In this document: in pieces, positions 33,987 to 37,015 of the stretch
Position numbering within the stretch: the stretch's first letter is position 1
Layout: every line of letters starts with the position of its first letter
Source of the DNA: an uncultured Dehalococcoidia bacterium
GTDB taxonomy: Bacteria; Chloroflexota; Dehalococcoidia; DSTF01; JALHUB01
Assembly (NCBI GenBank): GCA_964609475.1
Contig: CAZSRY010000002.1
Coordinates: 1 to 37,015, forward strand
Length of the DNA stretch: 37,015 nucleotides
Reading direction: 5' to 3'
Translations under genes and position numbers: made by a program
Notes under the pieces: generated by a model
The model's database searches: none
The model's input: only the letters and a program-made list of their open reading frames with translations
What the model was told of the DNA's origin: nothing

Positions 33987-34790
33987 ATGCCAGAACCTGC
34001 CGTCGACCTGGACTACGACCTGGAGGAGGACAAGGGCCTCTTCACGGGCTGGCTCTTCAAGGGCCTCTGCCGTGCCCATCTCTTCTTCTTCGACAGGGTG
34101 CGAGAGGCGGTCGTTGAGACTACTGGAGATGGCCCGCCGGGACGTGTCCTGGATGTGGGCAGCGGCCTGGCCTATGAGGCGGCGCTCTTCCTCCGTCGCG
34201 GCTGGGAATCCTGGGGCCTGGAGCCCTCTCTGGCCATGCTGGCCCGCGCTCGCGTCAATCTGGAGGAGATGCAGGCTGGGGTCACGCTGGTGCGGGGGAT
34301 CGGCGAGAGCCTGCCCTTTCGGGATGCCACCTTCGACCGCGTCCTCTGCCAGGGCTCGCTTGACCACTTCGCCGACCCGCAGGCCTTCGTGGTTGAGCTT
34401 GCCCGTATCCTCAAACCAGAGGGCCGGGCAGTCATCGCCCTCACCAACTACGAGAGCCTGTCCTGTCGCCTGGGGCGGACCTTCTTCGACATCAGGCGCT
34501 CTCTCGGCCTTCCCTATCCTCCACCGGAGTATCGCTATTGGGAGCCCCCTCCCACGCACACGTTCAAGGGAGGCTACCGATCTGTGACGAGGCTGGGCGC
34601 GCCCTGGCTGGAGATGGAGCGCTGCTTCGGGGTCTCCCTCCTGTGGCTGTTGCCGCGCTGGACGCAGATCGTTGAGCGCATGCCCGATCGCTTGGCCCAG
34701 GCCGTATTGCGGGCGTTGGACCGTATCGCCTATCGAGTGCCCGCCCTGGCGGACATGATCATCTCGACGTGGCGCCCGCGGGGGTGCTGA
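33987..34790 (+). CDS. Class I SAM-dependent methyltransferase (Methyltransf_11-like)
   Basis: RVLDVGSGLAYEA is motif I. LPFRDATFDRVLCQGSLDHF and ILKPEGRAVIAL are present. I prefer the ATG at 33987 over the tracked 33882, which would overlap the previous gene. Confidence 0.8.
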   Translation: MPEPAVDLDYDLEEDKGLFTGWLFKGLCRAHLFFFDRVREAVVETTGDGPPGRVLDVGSGLAYEAALFLRRGWESWGLEPSLAMLARARVNLEEMQAGVTLVRGIGESLPFRDATFDRVLCQGSLDHFADPQAFVVELARILKPEGRAVIALTNYESLSCRLGRTFFDIRRSLGLPYPPPEYRYWEPPPTHTFKGGYRSVTRLGAPWLEMERCFGVSLLWLLPRWTQIVERMPDRLAQAVLRALDRIAYRVPALADMIISTWRPRGC

Positions 34791-34858
34791 ACAGGGGGAT
34801 GGCGCTACATACCGGCCTCAAGACCGCTTGAGCGCAAGGAGGCGAAAACCTAACCGGC

Positions 34859-35491
34859 ATGTTCGAGAACATCCGCGCAGACTACAATGCCTACGTGATC
34901 GCCAGCTTCACCTGGATCCCCGATGGTCGCAAGCGCTCCCGGTTCGCCCGTTGGCTTGAACAGACAAGCGTGGTCGTCTTTCGTGACTCGTGGCCGTCCG
35001 TAGTCCTGTACAGGCTGCAGGTGTGGACCCGCGGGCACTACATCCCCCTTCTTCCCTTCATCTGCGATACCCTCAATCGCCTCTTCTGGGGCGTCTTCAT
35101 CGGCAGGGGCGTCCAGATCGGCCCCGGCCTCTGCTTCTCCCACGGAAACGTAGTCATCGATGGAGTCGTGAAGATCGGCAGGAACTGCTTCATCAACCCC
35201 TTCGTGACCATCGGCCTGAGCACACAGAGCGAGATCGGCCTCAGCCTCTACGGCCCCACCATCGGCGACGATGTCTACATCGGCACCGGCGCCAAGGTCC
35301 TGGGCCCCATCACCGTCGGCCACAACGCCAAGATCGGGGCCAACGCAGTCGTCCTCCACGACGTCCCGGCCAACTTCACGGCGGTCGGCGTGCCCGCCCG
35401 CGTCATCCCCCAGAAGCCGCCGCGAAAAGGGGGCGACGGCGACCAGATGATGGGGGAACAACCGGTCAGCGGCGGCGATGGAGGCACCTGA
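34859..35491 (+). CDS. Hexapeptide-repeat O-acetyltransferase (serine acetyltransferase/CysE-WcaB-like)
   Basis: The left-handed beta-helix repeats are IGPGLCFSHGNVVIDGVVKIGRNCFI and IGDDVYIGTGAKVLGPITVGHNAKIGANAVV. The N-terminus MFENIRADY is shared with its paralog. Confidence 0.85.
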   Translation: MFENIRADYNAYVIASFTWIPDGRKRSRFARWLEQTSVVVFRDSWPSVVLYRLQVWTRGHYIPLLPFICDTLNRLFWGVFIGRGVQIGPGLCFSHGNVVIDGVVKIGRNCFINPFVTIGLSTQSEIGLSLYGPTIGDDVYIGTGAKVLGPITVGHNAKIGANAVVLHDVPANFTAVGVPARVIPQKPPRKGGDGDQMMGEQPVSGGDGGT

Positions 35492-35511
35492 AAGACAGGC
35501 TGCAATACTGA

Positions 35512-36123
35512 ATGTTCGAGAACCTGAGAGAAGACTACAAGGTCTACGCCGACCTGACCGGAGTGAGAGAGCTTGGGGGAATACTGGGGGCCCCCTGGAT
35601 TCGCGACGCGCGCCGCTTCCTGGCCGCCCTCTGGATGTTTCCCCTCTCGGCCGTCGTCCTCTACCGTCTCAAGTGCTGGCTTCGCGATCATCACATCCCT
35701 CTCCTGCCCCGCACCTGTGACTGGGTCAACATGCTCGTCTGGCGCGTGCAGATCGCCGACAGCGTGTCCATCGGCCCCGGCCTCTGCATCTCTCACGGCG
35801 AGGTCATGATCGCCGGCGAGGTGACCGTTGGCCGCAACTGCACCCTGAATCCCTGGTCCGGCATCGGCCTCCTACACAGGCGGCGGGTATCCCATCCCTG
35901 GGAGAGGCTTGTTGGCCCCACCCTCGGCGATAACGTCTTCATAGGCGTCGGGTCGCGGCTTCTCGGCCCGATAAAGGTCGGCGACAATGTCAGGATAGGC
36001 GCCAACTCCGTCGTCATCCGCGACGTGCCCAGCGACAGCGTGGTGGCGGGGAACCCCGCCCGGGTACTGGACGACGACGACCCGGAGCTGGGCCTACGGG
36101 CGGAACAAGAGCAACCAGACTGA
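35512..36123 (+). CDS. Hexapeptide-repeat O-acetyltransferase, tandem paralog
   Basis: The N-terminus is MFENLREDY. IGPGLCISHGEVMIAGEVTVGRNCTL and LGDNVFIGVGSRLLGPIKVGDNVRIGANSVV are present. It lies 20 nt after its paralog. Confidence 0.85.
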   Translation: MFENLREDYKVYADLTGVRELGGILGAPWIRDARRFLAALWMFPLSAVVLYRLKCWLRDHHIPLLPRTCDWVNMLVWRVQIADSVSIGPGLCISHGEVMIAGEVTVGRNCTLNPWSGIGLLHRRRVSHPWERLVGPTLGDNVFIGVGSRLLGPIKVGDNVRIGANSVVIRDVPSDSVVAGNPARVLDDDDPELGLRAEQEQPD

Positions 36124-36142
36124 TGCTACTGCTGGAGGTCAT

Positions 36143-36643
36143 ATGCTGCGACGGCTGTGGGAGCGACTGCGCCCTCCCAAACTCGTAGTCTGGATAACCC
36201 CTGAGCTGGCCCTGGGGCCCAGCTTCCCCAAACACCAGATTGCGATCCTGGCCCGAGCCGGCATCGGCAGCGTCATCGATGTCCGAAGCGAGGCCTCCGA
36301 CGACGTAGAGGCGCTGGCCAAGCATGGCCTTCGCCTCTACCATCTGCCGGTCGATGACCTGCGGCCGCCCACCCAGGAGCAGCTTCAAGAAGCCACCCAG
36401 TGGGCCCTCAAAGAGATCGCTGCCGGACGCAAGATATACGTCCACTGCCGCAGCGGCATCGGCCGTAGCCCCTCCCTCGCCTGCGCCACCCTCATGGCCA
36501 TGGGCTACCCCCTGGCCGGTGCCTACAACGCCGTCAGGCGCCAGAGGCCTTGGGCCACTCTCACAGAGAGCCAGTGGGAGGCCCTCGAGCAATTCGAGAG
36601 GACGCTCCAGGCCCGCCGCTCATCGGACGAGAGCCCCTCCTAG
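36143..36643 (+). CDS. Cys-based dual-specificity-type phosphatase (HCX5R)
   Basis: The P-loop is VHCRSGIGRSPS. At 166 aa the size fits a DSP/PTP-like domain. GGAGG lies 4 nt upstream of the ATG. Confidence 0.8.
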   Translation: MLRRLWERLRPPKLVVWITPELALGPSFPKHQIAILARAGIGSVIDVRSEASDDVEALAKHGLRLYHLPVDDLRPPTQEQLQEATQWALKEIAAGRKIYVHCRSGIGRSPSLACATLMAMGYPLAGAYNAVRRQRPWATLTESQWEALEQFERTLQARRSSDESPS

Positions 36644-37015
36644 CAGCCTGCCCCGGCGGCCACCTGCAGGGACTTCGCCGCAGCCCGGCCTCCGCAGGCG
36701 GCGATCGGCACCCGATCCATAGGGTGTTCTCCCTAAGGGCAAACCCTCGCTGAGACCCGTCCCGACCTCTGTCTGCCCCCCCTGGGTGGATGCAGGTGGT
36801 CATGAATCTGCTGGTCCATGTGACCGATCGATTGCTCCTGTCCCAGGAGCGTCACGACCGGAGAGCGGACGTGAACCGTAGACCTCACCAGAGCCCGGCC
36901 CCGTAGCCTGACTTGACGCCAGTTGCGGAATTGGTGAACATCTGCCGCCTCATTGGGGAGTTCCCTGATTGAGCAAGCCCCTATTGATCGGCAACCATTG
37001 TTCAAGCGGCTTGCC

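Noticed and set aside
36650-37015. The 90-aa minus-strand ORF at 36733-37005, and a possible minus-strand gene tail at 36950-37015 (..GKPLEQWLPINRGLLNQGTPQ*).
   Set aside because: The 90-aa ORF has odd composition and no SD. The tail has only 22 codons visible at the window edge. Two small hairpins (about 36720-36760) are also too weak to call. This terminal region is left unannotated.

Overview
The window is GC-rich bacterial chromosomal DNA. The gene content feels Chloroflexota- or Actinomycetota-like, but that is a guess. It is densely coding, with about 36 supportable CDS. I found no rRNA or tRNA genes, no CRISPR array, and no transposase, integrase or phage genes. Most long ORFs in the track that lie antisense to these genes are GC-driven shadow ORFs.

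Layout, left to right:
(1) 87-2317 (+): an LprG-like lipoprotein coupled to an MFS pump.
(2) 11273 down to 2479 (-): a long co-directional run holding orphan nuoB, Fe/Mn SOD, a 270-aa unknown, a solo groEL behind a perfect CIRCE operator, a ROK glucokinase, a small ORF, a degradative thiolase and lemA-htpX.
(3) 11481-13249: a Cys-rich ArsR/SufR-like regulator and an RCK-gated K+ channel.
(4) 13403-17847 (+): a tightly coupled four-gene operon (PfkB kinase, PurN-like formyltransferase, HAD-like protein, aldehyde dehydrogenase).
(5) 17859-20444: a methyltransferase carrying an in-frame 54-bp tandem duplication, a double zinc-ribbon protein and a DD-carboxypeptidase.
(6) 20457-30365: a CoA-thioester island. 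It holds two family-III CoA-transferases, an HMG-CoA-synthase-like::DUF35 fusion plus an SCP-x-type thiolase, a Cys-less HesB-like protein, an ADP-forming acyl-CoA synthetase alpha-type protein, a zinc-ribbon miniprotein and an AMP-forming acyl-CoA ligase.
(7) about 30472-30648 (+): an orphan near-consensus promoter driving a roughly 140-nt structured RNA candidate.
(8) 30665-31597 (-): a T7-endonuclease-I-like domain fused to HPRT.
(9) 31780-36643 (+): an ABC-2 (wzm/wzt-like) exporter with two methyltransferase-like genes, two paralogous hexapeptide acetyltransferases and a Cys-based (HCX5R) phosphatase.

The most interesting items are the apparently catalytically dead HMGCS-like::DUF35 fusion, the orphan structured RNA, the endonuclease-I::HPRT fusion and the uncharacterised kinase/formyltransferase/HAD/ALDH operon. 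All functional calls come from motif recognition by eye. No searches were run.
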